A stretch of 63,510 bases of DNA, filler included, from Reticulomyxa filosa (taxonomy: Eukaryota; Protista; Foraminifera): assembly GCA_000512085.1 (NCBI GenBank). It is 23 parts of 23 records of this genome, joined end to end, with 100 filler letters (N's around TTAATTAATTAA, not from the genome) between each part and the next. Parts side by side here need not be neighbours in the genome. Positions count along the whole stretch, not along the records: positions 20,247 to 27,839 come from ASPP01008394.1; positions 27,940 to 31,567 come from ASPP01028794.1; positions 31,668 to 34,376 come from ASPP01002733.1; positions 34,477 to 35,544 come from ASPP01050356.1; positions 35,645 to 37,868 come from ASPP01000154.1; positions 37,969 to 43,618 come from ASPP01029150.1; 17 more parts are not named here. The stretch is one strand, 5' to 3'. This document shows, in pieces, positions 26,221 to 40,437 of this stretch; the first letter of the stretch is position 1; every line of letters begins with the position of its first letter. Under the pieces are notes generated by a model that was not told the DNA's origin, did not search any database, and was given only the letters and a program-made list of their open reading frames with translations. The position numbers were made by a program, and so were the translations under genes.

Positions 26221-26772
26221 GCAACAAGGTGCAAGAGGAGAATCAACACCAAAAGGGATTGCGCGGGCGTCCGAACCAACTCTTGTAATCCAAAAGAAGG
26301 CCTTGCAAACGCAGGGCCCCGACAAACTGATTCCAAAAAAAGGTCGCTCCAACAGCGCCTCCATCCTATCGTTGAGTAGCAGTGCATCTGCTCCTTGTCA
26401 CAAAAGAGGCGACGAACACTCGACCAGTGCCAGACCTCCCGCAATGCCAATGCAAGCTGCTCAAGTCGTCCACGGCATTGAGTCCACCAAGACGATTTCA
26501 CAACAAAGGTATTTGACAGCGACATGCAATTGTATGCGCTCGCTTGTCTGTTGTTGTCTTGACACACACGTATATGATGATCGCTTTACAGTATTATTGT
26601 AGTTTAAGTGATGTTTTTTTGTTGTTGTTGTTTTTTTTTTTTTGCACACAAGTTATTCCGAAAACGTGTCGAGCGAATCAAAGCCTCATCCCCCCAAAAA
26701 AGTTATCCTTTTTTAGAGGTTCTAGGTGATAACATGACATGTAAGCAATTCACACTTGAAATGACTTTTTCA

Positions 26773-26805
<33 letters not shown>

Positions 26806-27839
26806 GTTATTATTGCTATTATCAAACAAGATGATGATTTAAAAAAAAAAAAAAATCCAACACATAGAAACGACAAAGCCATCCAACGTTACCAATCTCG
26901 CCAACCTTGCAACAACCGTTGCATCATTTCGAAGATGATCAAGTTACCACCTTTAGGGGGAAACGTTTTAAGAAATTTTAAAAAAAAAATCAAGATTTTT
27001 TTATGTTGCTATATGTACATATATATTTTTTCCTTCCACATGGGGGGGGAGGGGGAGTAATACTTTGAGAACGTTTTGAACACTGCTCCCAATACAGGAC
27101 GGCTTTGCACCGGTTGGCAAGATGTATTCCATGATATTTGAAAAGCGCCCTTTTGGACTAGGATTAACAGCGTACGACAAAACTAGCCAAATCGGAGCGG
27201 TTGTGATTGAAAACAAATCTGCGCAGCCTTGTCGGCTTCACTCGCGTGTTATATCTGTCAATGACGAGATATGTCGTGACTCGTCCTATCAAAATATTGC
27301 GCAGTTGCTGCGCACCGCATTATTGCCTTGCGAAGTGCAATTGTTGTGTGAGCCAACAGTGACCGATAAACAATCACCTGTGGCAGCCGCGGATACACTA
27401 TTGCGTCCACAAATCAATGACAAAAACTATCCTGTGTTCACGGGCAAACCAAGTCCAAAATCAAGCACAACTTTTACTTCAACTTCTTCAAGTTCAAGTT
27501 CAAATTCAAATTCAAATTCAAATGTAAATGTAAATGTAAATTCAAATTCAAAATCAAGTTTAAATTCAAATTCAAACTCAAGTTCAAATTCAATTTCAAC
27601 TTTAACTACAAGTTCAAGCCAAGTTCTCCCAGTGGTGGACGTGACTCCACAAGGTGTGAGCAGTGTTGCCCATAGCACTGGCCTTCCTCCGCAAATCAAA
27701 GAATCAGAAGTGGATAAGCCATTGCAACCTCAGCTCTCTGATCTTGCCCCACCCGTGGCAGAGACAATTAGCGACAACTATCCAAAACCAGTAACAACTC
27801 CAGTAACAACTCCAGCAACAACTCCAGCAACAACTCCAG
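24816..27839 (+). CDS. PH-domain protein with low-complexity linkers and a PDZ-like domain, multi-exon, 3' partial
   Basis: PH: IKEGYLEKRS...RWMILQGTNLYSFK...EVIDL...YYFIASSVSERNDWVKHL. PDZ-like: FEKRPFGLGL...SRVISVNDE...YQNIAQLLR...LPCEV. Also polyQ and Ser/Asn tracts. Confidence 0.75.
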
Positions 27840-28639
27840 NNNNNNNNNNNNNNNNNNNNNNNNNNNNNNNNNNNNNNNNNNNNTTAATTAATTAANNNNN
27901 NNNNNNNNNNNNNNNNNNNNNNNNNNNNNNNNNNNNNNNCTTGGAATCTCTCACAATAAATCACGCTATTTTTTGTTGATCCGCACATGTCCTTCTATCT
28001 TTTTCTCCAATGCATAATTTGTCTTGATACATTTGCTACAAAAAATTCAATCTCATTATACAAAAATAAAGATAATTTGAAAAAAAGTATGATTATTTCT
28101 TATAATTTTTACAATTTTTGTGAATAAATGCAAAAAGCATTGACGGTAGAACAAAAATGGATCAACGAAAGCTGGAACCAGTTGGAAAGCAATTTTTATT
28201 AATCTTTCTATTGACAACTCATTAATGGGTAGTTCTACTTTTCCGACATTTCTTGGATTATGAGAATCACAAAATGTTAATGAAATTGTGGTTATCATCT
28301 TTTATGCGTGTCTCTGGTTATCAACCAAAAGATTTAACATTAACATTATTTCCTATTTTTATTTTCAACATAACTCTGTGTAAATACAAAATTAAATTAT
28401 TCCAAAATTGGAAAGATCTGTTTACAGATTATGTCATTTCGATTTCCTATGAAAAAAAAAAGAAAAGAACTTTTTTCAAAAAGTATATAGCTTTTTTTTG
28501 TGATTAATCAATACCAAAATGTATGTTTTTTCTTTTAAAAAGATTTAGAATACACAAAATACAACAACAGTAATAATATACATACCTATAAATAGAAAAA
28601 ATTATAAATATGATGAAAATTGATACATTCTGTTGAATT

Positions 28640-28810
28640 ATCGTAGTTTGTAAAGTATCATGTTTAATAAATTTAATGTATTTAAATCAAACACACTAAT
28701 ATATTTCATCACAAATGTATGTTGATTGTATGATAAAAATAACCTCCACAAATGAGGAGTTCGTGTTTATGTTAAAGTCCTTCAAAGTTTGAAAGACTTG
28801 ATTGCTCATG
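28640..28810 (-). pseudogene. Collapsed, internally deleted kelch-family pseudogene
   Basis: The fragments MSNQVFQTLKD / HKHELLICGG / HTFVMKY-ISVFDLNT / KFIKHDTL occur in the same order as in the intact paralog at 35883-37205. Confidence 0.8.
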
Positions 28811-31154
28811 TTGTTAATGTTGAAGAAGTATGAAGTAGTTTAAATTATTTTAAAAAGGGGAAGTACATGAAAAAAGTCGTTCTTTTAAAAGTGATGAAAA
28901 AAAGATGGAGTATTTGATGGGCATGCATTTGGATCGTTTAATGAGAATATTTACCAAAATTTGAGAATAAAAATCGAAGACAGCAATGTAAAAAACGAAA
29001 ATGAAAAAACAGAAACTGAAGATGATGGGACACAAATTGAAGAAAATGAGAATAAACAGGATATTGAGAATAAAAAATAAGAAGACAGCACAAATATATT
29101 TGCTGAAAAAGAGTATTTGTACGTACATCTATGTATACGATATACAAAAATATAAACACCAACTGCCGAATGATCATTTATCAAATAAACAGCAAAAAAA
29201 CGAAATACATTACTATTCAAGACAAAGTGACGGTGACAAAGCAGCAAACAATCACGAGAAACAGGAAAAAAAATAAGTACAACCGAGTGGATAAAGCATT
29301 AAATCTAAGAATATACACAAGAATGCCAAATTTGAAGATAATGAAGTCTATAGCAAAGGATTTGATGGAGAAGCAATTGAGGGTGCAAGATGATGATATT
29401 GACAAACAAATTTGTACATTTTTTTGGAAAAGAAAAAGAAAAACTGAAATTTTATCCATTAATAGTAAATACATTTTGTGTGCATTAACTTATTTGTTAT
29501 TTGCATTTTGTTGCATCAAATGATGTTATATCTTATTAAAAATGATACAACAACTACATTTGAGGTATTCTTTGGTAAATCGATATTGATGTCAATCGCA
29601 CCTTCCGAGCCACTTCTGCAGCAAGAAATGAGTATGGACGCTTAGAATCTTGTTTTTCAAAAGTGTACAAGTATTTTGGCGCTTTGCTCAAGTGGTGGAT
29701 ACAATGTATCCACCAAAAGGAAGAACTTACTAATACAATAATCGAAGAAGCAATTGAAAAATAGTACAACCACTCAACACAAATAAATCAAACTAAGATA
29801 AATGCAAACAATAAGCAATCTTATATTCATTAAAACAAGTACATTGAATGTTTGCCTTTTTCTGTGTGCGTTTATTGATTTTAAATTGATGAAGAAAAAG
29901 GCTTATAAAGTTTGTTAAATTCAACTCTTTTTTTTTGTTATCGAAGAATATAGAGTCTTCCCTTTTGTAACTTGTTTTTAGTATATTGTTTTTTTTTTGA
30001 CAATTGTGTAAATCTTTGTATTTCGAAAGAAGAGTAATTGTATGTAATGAAGACTTTAAAATGGGATCATTGAAAGAGTATTTGTAACTGTAAATGTTGA
30101 AATATTTGAGAGAGGGCATCCACTTTCTCGTGTGGACACGAGTCGGCAATCAAACATCTTTGAGTAAAACCGGGTGTTTGTATCTAAATACGCTTTTTGT
30201 TAAAATAAAAACTGATTCCAATATTATATTGTAATTATCTCCTAACAATTCAAAGAAAAAACTTTGTGCATTTTCATTTGTTTTTTTTAGATATAAATTA
30301 CGAATTTTTTTAATGATATGCCAAGTCCTTCGAGTTTATCGTTCAGAGGTGGATATTCAAATTTAAAAAACGCAATCAGTTAATTTCCAAAAATCAAAAC
30401 ACTTTTCTTTTTTCAATCAATCAAAACTTGTTTTCCTTACAAGCCTCCACGTAAATGTAACACCAAGTGTAACGGCTACAATCTTTTAATTATTTTCTTG
30501 TTCAGCACGTCTTTTAGATTTTTTTATCAATTTTTAACTGATTTCATTATATTTAATAACTACAAAATTTGTGAATATTTTTTTAAAAAATTAGGTTTAA
30601 ATATTTATCTTTCATGGAGAAAATCGATTCTCTTCATAGAGATGCCATTTAGGTATACCAATATTTTTTGCAACATACTTGTAATTATATCAAGAATCAT
30701 CAGTTGTTCACTGGATTGAACTTGTTGTTTCTCAAATTATTGTTCAAAATAATGTTTTTGTTATTTTACATGCCCAAGTGATGTAAAGGCATATAAAATA
30801 TGATATCAGGAAGGATATATTTGCTTTGTACAAAGTTATAACATAGATAGAGGTATCTTAAGATGAACTATTCATAAGATATTGAAGAATTTCTTTATCT
30901 GATTGCATTCTTTTGAATGACGGATTGTCCATATTTTGCTTCAGGGGATACAATTTTCATTAATTATACTTTTGAATTTTTTAAAAAACATTGAACGCAG
31001 TTATTTACAATTTTTAAACAACAAAATAAAATAAAACACATCATCCAGTGCTTGCATTCAATCAAATCAAACAAGTTTAATATAATCTTACTTTTCTTTT
31101 ACTCAAAATTTTCAATAAAAAATACTTTCATTTCTTATTCAACAAAAAAGTAAA

Positions 31155-31553
31155 TTACCCCCAAATACGGATGTGACCATTGCGTGAACCATAACACAAA
31201 TTCAAATCATATTTAATATTTTTTGTATCCTCTTTCTTTTTCAATAAAATAAATTTAAGACAAGTTATTTCACCATTTTCTTTATATCCTTTGATCTTAT
31301 ATAATTCATTCTTATTTGATCGAATATCCCAAAAACGAATTGTATTATCATGTGATCCAGAACATATCACATTTGAATTACTAACACTATTTTTTATTAC
31401 AAATAGTGAATATTCAACAGACGATACAAAACTTTCATGTTTATTGAACACTTGAATTTGTTGACCAGATCGAATATCCCACAAACGGACACTAGAATCA
31501 TTTGATCCAGATAATATTGTATTCAATAATTCATTTGATCCAATTTTTACATC
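31155..31553 (-). CDS. WD40-repeat protein, terminal exon, 5' partial
   Basis: ILSGSNDSSVRLWDIRSGQQIQVF, VICSGSHDNTIRFWDIRS, LCYGSRNGHIRIWG*. Acceptor TTATTAG at 31554. Confidence 0.9.
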   Translation of the reverse strand, partial: DVKIGSNELLNTILSGSNDSSVRLWDIRSGQQIQVFNKHESFVSSVEYSLFVIKNSVSNSNVICSGSHDNTIRFWDIRSNKNELYKIKGYKENGEITCLKFILLKKKEDTKNIKYDLNLCYGSRNGHIRIWG

Positions 31554-32046
31554 CTAATAAATTTTTANNNNNNNNNNNNNNNNNNNNNNNNNNNNNNNNN
31601 NNNNNNNNNNNTTAATTAATTAANNNNNNNNNNNNNNNNNNNNNNNNNNNNNNNNNNNNNNNNNNNNATACTGTATCTAGTCTTAGATTATAGAATAATT
31701 TCTGAATATATTATCGCTTACTTTGTTAGATCTTTTTTTTTCACAAATCATTTTTTAAAAGCAGTGTACAACTTTTTCTTATTTTAGCAAGTGCTTTCAT
31801 TTAATTCATGAAAAGTATTATATTTGATGTTAAAAGTTAAATGATAATTTTTTAAAATGATTGAGTAAAAAATGTGTTTATAGAAAACTAAATACGGTTT
31901 ATCGAAGATTGTTGCCAATGTTAGATCTACTTTTTTTATTGGGCAATGGTTAAAATTACTAAAGAGTATGCTTCTTTAAATATACTAACAAAAAAAGGTG
32001 CTTTATTTGCGTTTTTTTAACTAATCATTTTTCACAATCAAACTAC

Positions 32047-33578
32047 TTAAATTTCGTATCTATCTTTTGCTCTTTCTTCTGCTTTTAGAGCTTTTTCTCC
32101 GTCATTTTTTGATTTACTAGATTTTTGACTATTTAGTAAATTGCGCTCACTTCCTTCACTTAAGGAGCCTGCTTTTTTGCGTTTGGAGGCTTTCTCTGCA
32201 CTATTATTCGTTTCTGGTGGGGTACTTGATCGTTCTTCCTGCTCGACATTTTCTTTTTTTTTCTTTTGTTTATTGCACATGAGAGCGTTCTGTTGTTCAT
32301 CTGAGTCGAAATCATTCGTGGCCTGAATACAATCGAAATCGTCTTTGTCTTCTGACAACTTCTTCTGTTGTTGTCTCTTGCAAGTCTCTTTAACAGCTTT
32401 TTGTATCTCTTGAGGCGTGAAAATAAAAGCTTTCCGTGTGATTCCGCACACCAAAGTAAGAAACGCTACGCAAACAACACAAAAGTTGTGATTACTCCTT
32501 TCAAAGGGTATACTAGCCAATAACAAAAATAATCCAGCAGTAAAAGTACTGCACCCTATGGTCATGCAAAGCCCTTGTACTAACACATCTGAGGCTAGCA
32601 TAACCGCACTGCTCATACCGCACAAAATACTAAATATCGATGCGATGTCATATAAAGTGACAGGTAGCTGTAAATTTAAAAAAATAATCAATACATTGAA
32701 AAGACAAATAAATTTTTAAGCTTTTATTTTTTCCAAATTTTTTGTTTACAGTTTTAAACTGGAATAAAAGTGTCGCCCTTTTTTTTAGAAAAAACTATAA
32801 ATTCCAAAACTTGTTGAGTATTCGACCAAAAACTGGCGAGGAAGTGATAAAAGCTGCTGATTTCGGGTAGGGGCTGTATGTGAATTATGATACCAATTGT
32901 TGCTATAATTGCAGTGAAAAGAGCTGCAACTTTGAAGTGGAAAACGTGACAATACCCCAAAAATCCGATCAGTAAGTATACTAGCAAAATTGAAATCAGT
33001 GTATCTACTCCCCAAAAAAAGACATTTATTGCAAATACAATCCGAAGAAATGAGCAAAAATGAAACAAAACTTTGATGATCGGAGCAACAAGGCATTGAT
33101 AAGACAGGCATTACAACTGTATAATGTATCGCAAAGTGCTGGAACAAAAGGCCGTTAAGGGAATATCCGAGAAGGCCAAATGTAGCAATGCGAAAAATGG
33201 CAAAAATTCGAGTGTACCAATCTAATAACATATTCCCAGTGACAGTCATCACAAATAATGGAAGCACCAAGTTCATAGCACTTTGAACCGTTTCATTGGT
33301 GCGCTTCTCCAACTCACTCTATTTTTCGAACCAGCAATTTTTTTTTCCTTTTTTTTTTTTTTTATGATAACAGAAATAATACTAACTGTTTTTATTCATA
33401 CCTGAAATGCTGCACTTTGCACAACATAATTTGCTGTGATTCCAGAAGTGCCGACACAAAAAACTTGAAAACAGATTTGAAAAAATGTTGGGCCTTTGAA
33501 TATCAAAAAGCTGCCAATAAAAAGCAGTACAGCGCCAATACTAAAATATATCATATCTTCCGAGATTGTCAAACTCAT
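32047..33578 (-). CDS. Hypothetical multi-pass membrane protein with a charged C-terminal tail, multi-exon
   Basis: Four consecutive hydrophobic ORF segments separated by intron-like stretches. The N-terminus GAVLLFIGSFLIFKG loosely resembles DUF4203/TM7S3 (weak). Confidence 0.6.
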
Positions 33579-35882
33579 TAAACTTGCCTTTCTCTTTGGA
33601 ACGTTTACTCAAAGAAGTAAAATAAAAGGAAATTTATTGGTAATCTTTTTTTTTTTTTTGGATTTGATGAAAAGAATGAAATTATAATCTCGTGACATCA
33701 TTATTTTTTTTCTCTAATCGATAATGTGCAATTTTTTAATTCTATTTTATATTTTTGAAGAATTTAAAAAAAAAAAGAAAAGAAAAAACAGATGAGCAAA
33801 CATCTTCAAAGAATTACAGTTAATTTTCATTTTTCAATAATTTTTCTTATTTATTCCAAACCAAGCAAACGGATGTGCAAATTAGTGGCTAGTGTCACAA
33901 TTCGCGTGCTTTAAGATTATAAGCACAGTAAAAAGGTACTTTTCTAAACATTTCTCGCAAGCATTTTTTGTATTAATGTAAAGTTTACCATTTGCATTTA
34001 GAGCATGTGGAATGAAACAAACAAGAATAGCTTCATGCACAGTTTTTTTTTTAGGATACAATGTTATTTTGTTGTTTTTAATTGTCATTTCAAAACAAAC
34101 GAAACAAAACAAAACAAAACAAAACAAAAAAGAAAGAAAAAAAATACCAAAACAGTGTAATGTGGTCAAACATCAATTGTTTTGTAACCAACAGCACAAC
34201 ACAAGCCAAAAGATTAGTTAAAAAATTTCAACAAAAAAAAAAACAGGAAAATGATTTGAACATTGACACCAATTCTTTTGAAATCAATCACCACATGAAG
34301 AAGGAGTCAGTGGAAAAAAAATTGTCGCATTGAAAAGCGAGCAGCCAAGACTTGTAAACTGCTGACAATGGTAAAANNNNNNNNNNNNNNNNNNNNNNNN
34401 NNNNNNNNNNNNNNNNNNNNTTAATTAATTAANNNNNNNNNNNNNNNNNNNNNNNNNNNNNNNNNNNNNNNNNNNNTCTTCAATTCTATACCCTTTCCAT
34501 ATAGTTCCCATATTCCCATGTTTTTTAGAACTGTTCCATCTGTTTCTGTGCTCAACCAATTAGCCTTTGTCTGGAACAAGTGATATTTCATACGTCTGTG
34601 TTGAGTCTTCTTTTCCTTCATCATTAGTTTCTGTTGTTTTCAACTCGTTTTTCTTTTGTGTCAAGTTATGCATAAACCTCAGCTGGGTAACGAGCATGAA
34701 GAATAATGCTACTAAAATTGTTGGTCATCCCAATTCAGACATTATTCTCAGTCAAAAAAGGAAATCCTTGAAAAACCATAAGAAGCAAAACTTATTCAAA
34801 ATTGGTAAAAACTAATTTTAAGCTGAGAGCTTCAAAGTGTAAATGTTTTAATAAAGAAATTGAACATTTTTCTGCTTAAAAATGAAATTAATAATCATGA
34901 TTTTTTTAAAGTTAGATCTAAAAAGTTGCATTAAAAGACTCAACATGTGTGCATTACAAAGTTAGTTACTTTGGTACTTGTTTCAAAATTTGGATCAAAT
35001 AGTGGTTTTATTTGCTTTTGTAATCACTGTGATCCAAAAAAAAACTGTAAGTGTACAAAAATAGTTCCCTTTTCGACCATAAAATATCATAAAGATTAAA
35101 ACGCAGATATTGGTATTGATTATGAATGTCTTGTATTTTCCAGCATTACATCATTTTCACTTTTCAAAAAAGGGTAGAAAAGACGTTGTAATTATTGTTA
35201 AACATTGGTTACATTCCAGCCATATCCTTTGGAGATGAATAAATGAATTTCATAAAATTATTTTCAACTACGTTATGCAAATGTATTCTGTTGACGTATT
35301 TTGATTGTTTCTGTCGATTAATGGACAATCGAATCAATGAATTCATACCAGTCACAGAAATGTATTGGAATTGGTGACAATTGAATAAAAGTGGAGGCTG
35401 ATTCTGACATCATGATTTGTTTATCTGGAAAAACATAAGTATCATCATATTCGCCCAATTCATCTCATTCTTTTGATCTAATTCTTTTTTTATCGCTATC
35501 GTATTCGTTCATGAACTTTTTCCAATCAAGATCTTTTTTTTTTTNNNNNNNNNNNNNNNNNNNNNNNNNNNNNNNNNNNNNNNNNNNNTTAATTAATTAA
35601 NNNNNNNNNNNNNNNNNNNNNNNNNNNNNNNNNNNNNNNNNNNNAGATTCGAGATCTTCTATCATCCTCTCGTTCAAAGTCTTCCTCATTCAAATAATAG
35701 TCAGTACACATTTTAATTTGATTTTTTTACAACATGATAATACAGTAGGATAAAAAAGAAAGTTGACACCTAAAATGCCACTTTATATAGATTGTTGTGT
35801 TTCTCCATGAAAAAACAACATTTAATCAAAATTCTTTCTTTCAAAAATTTACAAAAATCAACAAAAGTTTTCATTTTTTATT

Positions 35883-37205
35883 TTATTCCATTTGGTTGTA
35901 TTTCATAATAATTCGATCAAAATCATCGATCCAGCCTAATTCTATCTTTAAAATTCGATTCCAATACTGGATGATCAATTTTATTTCTTTTTCTAACTGT
36001 TAAGTTTTTGTTCATTTTCATTGTGCAATATAATCAAATCCATTTTTATTTCAAAACAAGATAGTCTTAAATTATTTAAACAAACATACCAAATGTGGGA
36101 CATCCCACAGATATAATTTTGTCTTCACGTGTGTTGGCACTATTTTATTTTTTTCACTATATCCTCCAATAATATGCACACAAGTGCTGTCTTCACTCAA
36201 TATTGCAACACAAGAATGCAATGGACTGGGCAAAGTGTTTTGAAATGTAATCCATTTGTTTTCTCGAATTGAATACTTGTGCACTGATTTTGAAACAACC
36301 TCTTTATGCCAATCATATCCACCAAAGAACAAGATGACATCATTGATACACACATATGCATATTGAAAGAATGGTTTGAGATTATCACAAACAGATAGTT
36401 GATGAAATTGAAAAGTGTTATTATTTTCATCATATTCCATTGATAATCCTGTCTCGAAACAAAACAACAGCATTCGATAATTTTGCTCATTTTTTTCTTC
36501 ATTTGTTTTCATCATTTCTTGTTCTCTTGACTTTGATACAAAGCAATGAAAATTAATATAATTGTTAGTTGGTAAAGTATCATGTTTAATAAATTTAAAT
36601 GTATTTAAATCAAATACACTAATATTCTTTGGAGAATAAGTGATAAATAACAAATGATTGTTTCTTCCACCAATCACTGCACGCACCCCAACATATTCAT
36701 CATTATATCTTCCAATTTGTATTGGATGATTATGATTGTCTGTGAAAGGAATCCATTGATTGTATTTGTTTAATATGTTTGATTCATTGTCATTATCATT
36801 ACTCCAAGCATTTACATATTTCATCACCAATGTATGTCGTGCATGTTTAGATCCACCAAAAGACAACAAAGTGATTTGATTGGTATCTTTGTTGTTGTTA
36901 TCTACCAGTTTTACTACACAGTGCCCATATAATTGAACATCACTTGGATAGTGACAAATAATCTTGTATTCATTTTTGAGTGTATGATAAGAATAACAAG
37001 CTCTTTGATATCTACCTCCACAAATGAGGACTTCGTGTTTGTATGTCACACATTGAGAATCAGAAAGTGGGGTGAGCAACTCCTTGAGATCTTGAAAGGG
37101 AGTTGAAGTAGTAGCCTGTTGTTGTTGACTCTTAGAAAGTGGAGTGGAAGACTCATTGAAACCTTGCAAAGGAGTAGGTTTTTGTGTTGTGGTTTGCTTA
37201 GCCAT
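35883..37205 (-). CDS. Kelch-motif protein, exons 37205-36090 and 35996-35883
   Basis: HEVLICGG...CYSY, GHCVV, LLSFGG, VILFFGGY...VHKYSIRENKW, HIIGG. The second exon reads LEKEIKLIIQYWNRILKIELGWIDDFDRIIMKY. Confidence 0.88.
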
Positions 37206-38021
37206 GTTACTATGAAGTGTTTATTTTAAAAAAAGGGGACTGTTGTAACCCCTTTGAATGTTGGTTGGACTTAATGTTAAAAGATTAAAAAATGGGTTAT
37301 TTATTTTAAATTTGTTTTTATGATTCAAGAAATTGTATTTTTGAAAAGAAAATACATACAAAAAATTTTTTTAAGGAATTTAAAAAAAAAAAATTTGAAA
37401 TTAAAATTTTAAAAAAAGTGAATAGAAAAGAAGTTGCGGCATTGCTGCAAGGCAGTATCATGTTGAGTGAAAGCTTGGACAAGACGTTGAAACGCACAAG
37501 TGTTTGCTTGCACCATTCAGCAAATGGAAGCCAATCCACCTTCTTCTCTTCCGATTTCATTTTCTACAGATACGACAATATTGACTCGGTGAATCCCAAA
37601 CGCAAGAGCGACTACGAGAGAAGACTGAAAAAGACATGCGAAAAGTACAAGATGTGCGTCAAGACAGTGTAAACATACAGTAGGTTGCAAAGAAAACTGA
37701 ACGCCTAAAACATATCTTATGATGATAATTGATTTTCTCAATGAAAAATCAACATTCAGACCTAATTTTTTTTAAAAAAAATATCTACAAGTCTTGTAGT
37801 TTTTAAATATGATATTGATTTTTTAATAACTTTTTTTTTGTTGGATGAAATCAACATTATTTCAAATGNNNNNNNNNNNNNNNNNNNNNNNNNNNNNNNN
37901 NNNNNNNNNNNNTTAATTAATTAANNNNNNNNNNNNNNNNNNNNNNNNNNNNNNNNNNNNNNNNNNNNCTTAAAAAAAAATTAGTTTTTTTTTTTTAAAA
38001 AAAAAAAAACCAAAACAAAAC

Positions 38022-40437
38022 ATCATTGGGACTATTGTTGGTAATATATGATTCAATAGTACCACGAATTGCAGGAATATCTTCATGCTTTAAATTATTA
38101 CCTTTTCTTCGATTCAACAACCACGTCCTAAAAGCACCTCGTGGCAAGCTTTCAAATCGTTGAACAATTTTATTTTTATCATTGCTGGCTCTTTCTTCCC
38201 ACCATTTCACATTTTTTCCTTCTTTTTTTTTTTTGTTTATTATCATTATTATTATTATTATTATTATCTATGATTAAAAACAATTAAACACAGAAAAATT
38301 AAACTCCATTGATCTTTTCCAATTTCAATATAATACTCTGTATTTTATCATGCCATCCACCAAATATTTCCTTAAAAATCTTGATTGCATTTTCATAAAA
38401 TTCTTTTGCTTTAGTTTTATCTTTCATTGCAAAATGAATATCTCCTAAAAGATCATAAGATTCACCAATGTCTGGATGATTACAATCTAATTTATTCACT
38501 CTCAAGTTTAATGCTTTTTCTGCATGTTCGATTGATTGATTCAATTCATTTTTATTTTTAAATGCATTTGCCAAATAATGGAAAGACCAACCAACACAAG
38601 GATGATCATCATTCAACGTTTTCAATTTAATTTCTAGCGATTTTTTAAAATATTGGATTGCTTCTTCATTTGCTCCTTTCTTTTCCAATATCAATCCCAA
38701 CACATCGTAAGATTTTGCAAGATCTAAATCAAAATCATTACTCTTATCATCTATCAAAATTTCCAAAGCTTTATCAATATATTCTTTGGCCTTATTTATT
38801 TGTTTTTTCCCTTTTATCCACACCAATCCCAATTCAGTCAATGATTTTGCAGTAGATGGATGTTTTTCACCAAATTTTTTTAATCGAATATTCAATGCCT
38901 TTTGATGATATTTTATGGATATTGTATATTGTCCTTTTTCAAAATATACTACTCCCAAATTATTGAACGACGTTGCTAGCTCTGCATGATTTGTACCGAA
39001 TTCTTCTAATATAATATTCAAGTATTTTTTATAGCATTTAATTGCTTTATCATATTTCCCTTTTCCAGAATACACGTTTCCTAAGTGACTGTGACAAAGG
39101 GCAACTTTTATTTGATTTTTTTTGATTTTTTTAGAAAAATCCTTTAATGCTTTTCTATGATATTTATATGCTTTATTATATTCTGCTTTTCTATAATAAA
39201 TTCTTCCCAAACAGTCGTAAGAAGTAATAGTATCAGAATGATTACTGCCTAAACATTTTAATCTAATTTTCCGTGCCTTTGTGAAATAGTCAAGTGCTTT
39301 GTCGGATTCTCCTCTTTCGTTATAAGTAATCCCCAATGCATAATATAACGTACCAATATCAACATGCTCTGATCCCAATTTATCTAATCTTATTGCCAAT
39401 GATTTCTCAAAATACTCAATTGCTTTGTTATATTCTCCTCTTGCAACATATGCATCTCCTAACCAATTACAATATTCTGCGACTTTAATATGAGAATCAC
39501 CATGTACTTGCAATGCATGACAAATTAAAAAACGAATCAGTGATAATGCTTTATTAGAAGCTGAGTTCTTATGTGAATCTCTTATCCGTTGCACAAACTT
39601 GGCCATATTAATGGGCGCCATGACAGTCAAAACATAATGTCGAAAAGTACAATGAATATGGGATTGTGTGTCATGCATAAGGTATTGAGTAATATGAAAA
39701 TGACCAATTGCATCAATGGTACAATTAGCAACATAAACACATCCATCGATCGTAATATTATCAAATGTGATATGACTCGAACGAAATAAATAAATAGTAT
39801 ATGGTGGAAATTCCTCCTTTTTTTTTTTTAAATATTTATTTGAATTAATCATCTTTGTAAAAGGGATATCTTGAAAAAACCATCGATCATTTGGTTTTGC
39901 AAATTGACTAAGGTCAGTTGAAACAATCACAACTCCTCGTCCATTCCAAGACAGATTACAAAACATTGAATAAGCTTCCTTGTTTGCATTATTCCATTGT
40001 ATATTTTTATCCAATTCAATAGATTCAATTTCTTGTTTTTTGTCGTCAAGATATTTTATTTCATCCATTTCTTTATCAGGACATTTCATTTCTTCATCAA
40101 GACATTTCATTTCTTCATCATTGCTGTCTGATTATTTACATTTTCAATTCATTTTTCTTTTATTTAAAGAAAATATCTCTTTTTAAAAGAAATACAAAAT
40201 CTTCAAGGAAATTAATTAAAAAAAAGTGAGTAAGATTGATAGCAAAATGCAAGTCGAAGTTTTTCCGTCACTGCTAACGCTTTTACCATTTGAGTCCATG
40301 ATTTTAAAATACAATTGATTTGTTGGTTTTATTTCGGTTCTGTTATTGGCTGGCTCTTCCACCTCATCTTCCAGATTTTTTGGTGATAATAAGGTGAGTG
40401 ACATTTCAGAAAATTTATTTTTGCTGTGAATAGACAT
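38022..40437 (-). CDS. Tetratricopeptide-repeat protein, multi-exon
   Basis: ORF 38299-40110 has about 9 42-aa TPR units (e.g. ATSFNNLGVVYFEKGQYTISIKYHQKALNIRLKKFGEKHP). A probable first exon starts at 40437 and a probable further exon lies at about 38220-38022. Confidence 0.88.

Noticed and set aside
28880-29430. Lys/Glu/Asn-rich ORF-like stretch as a transposon remnant
   Set aside because: Several stops and no transposase or RT motif; unassignable.
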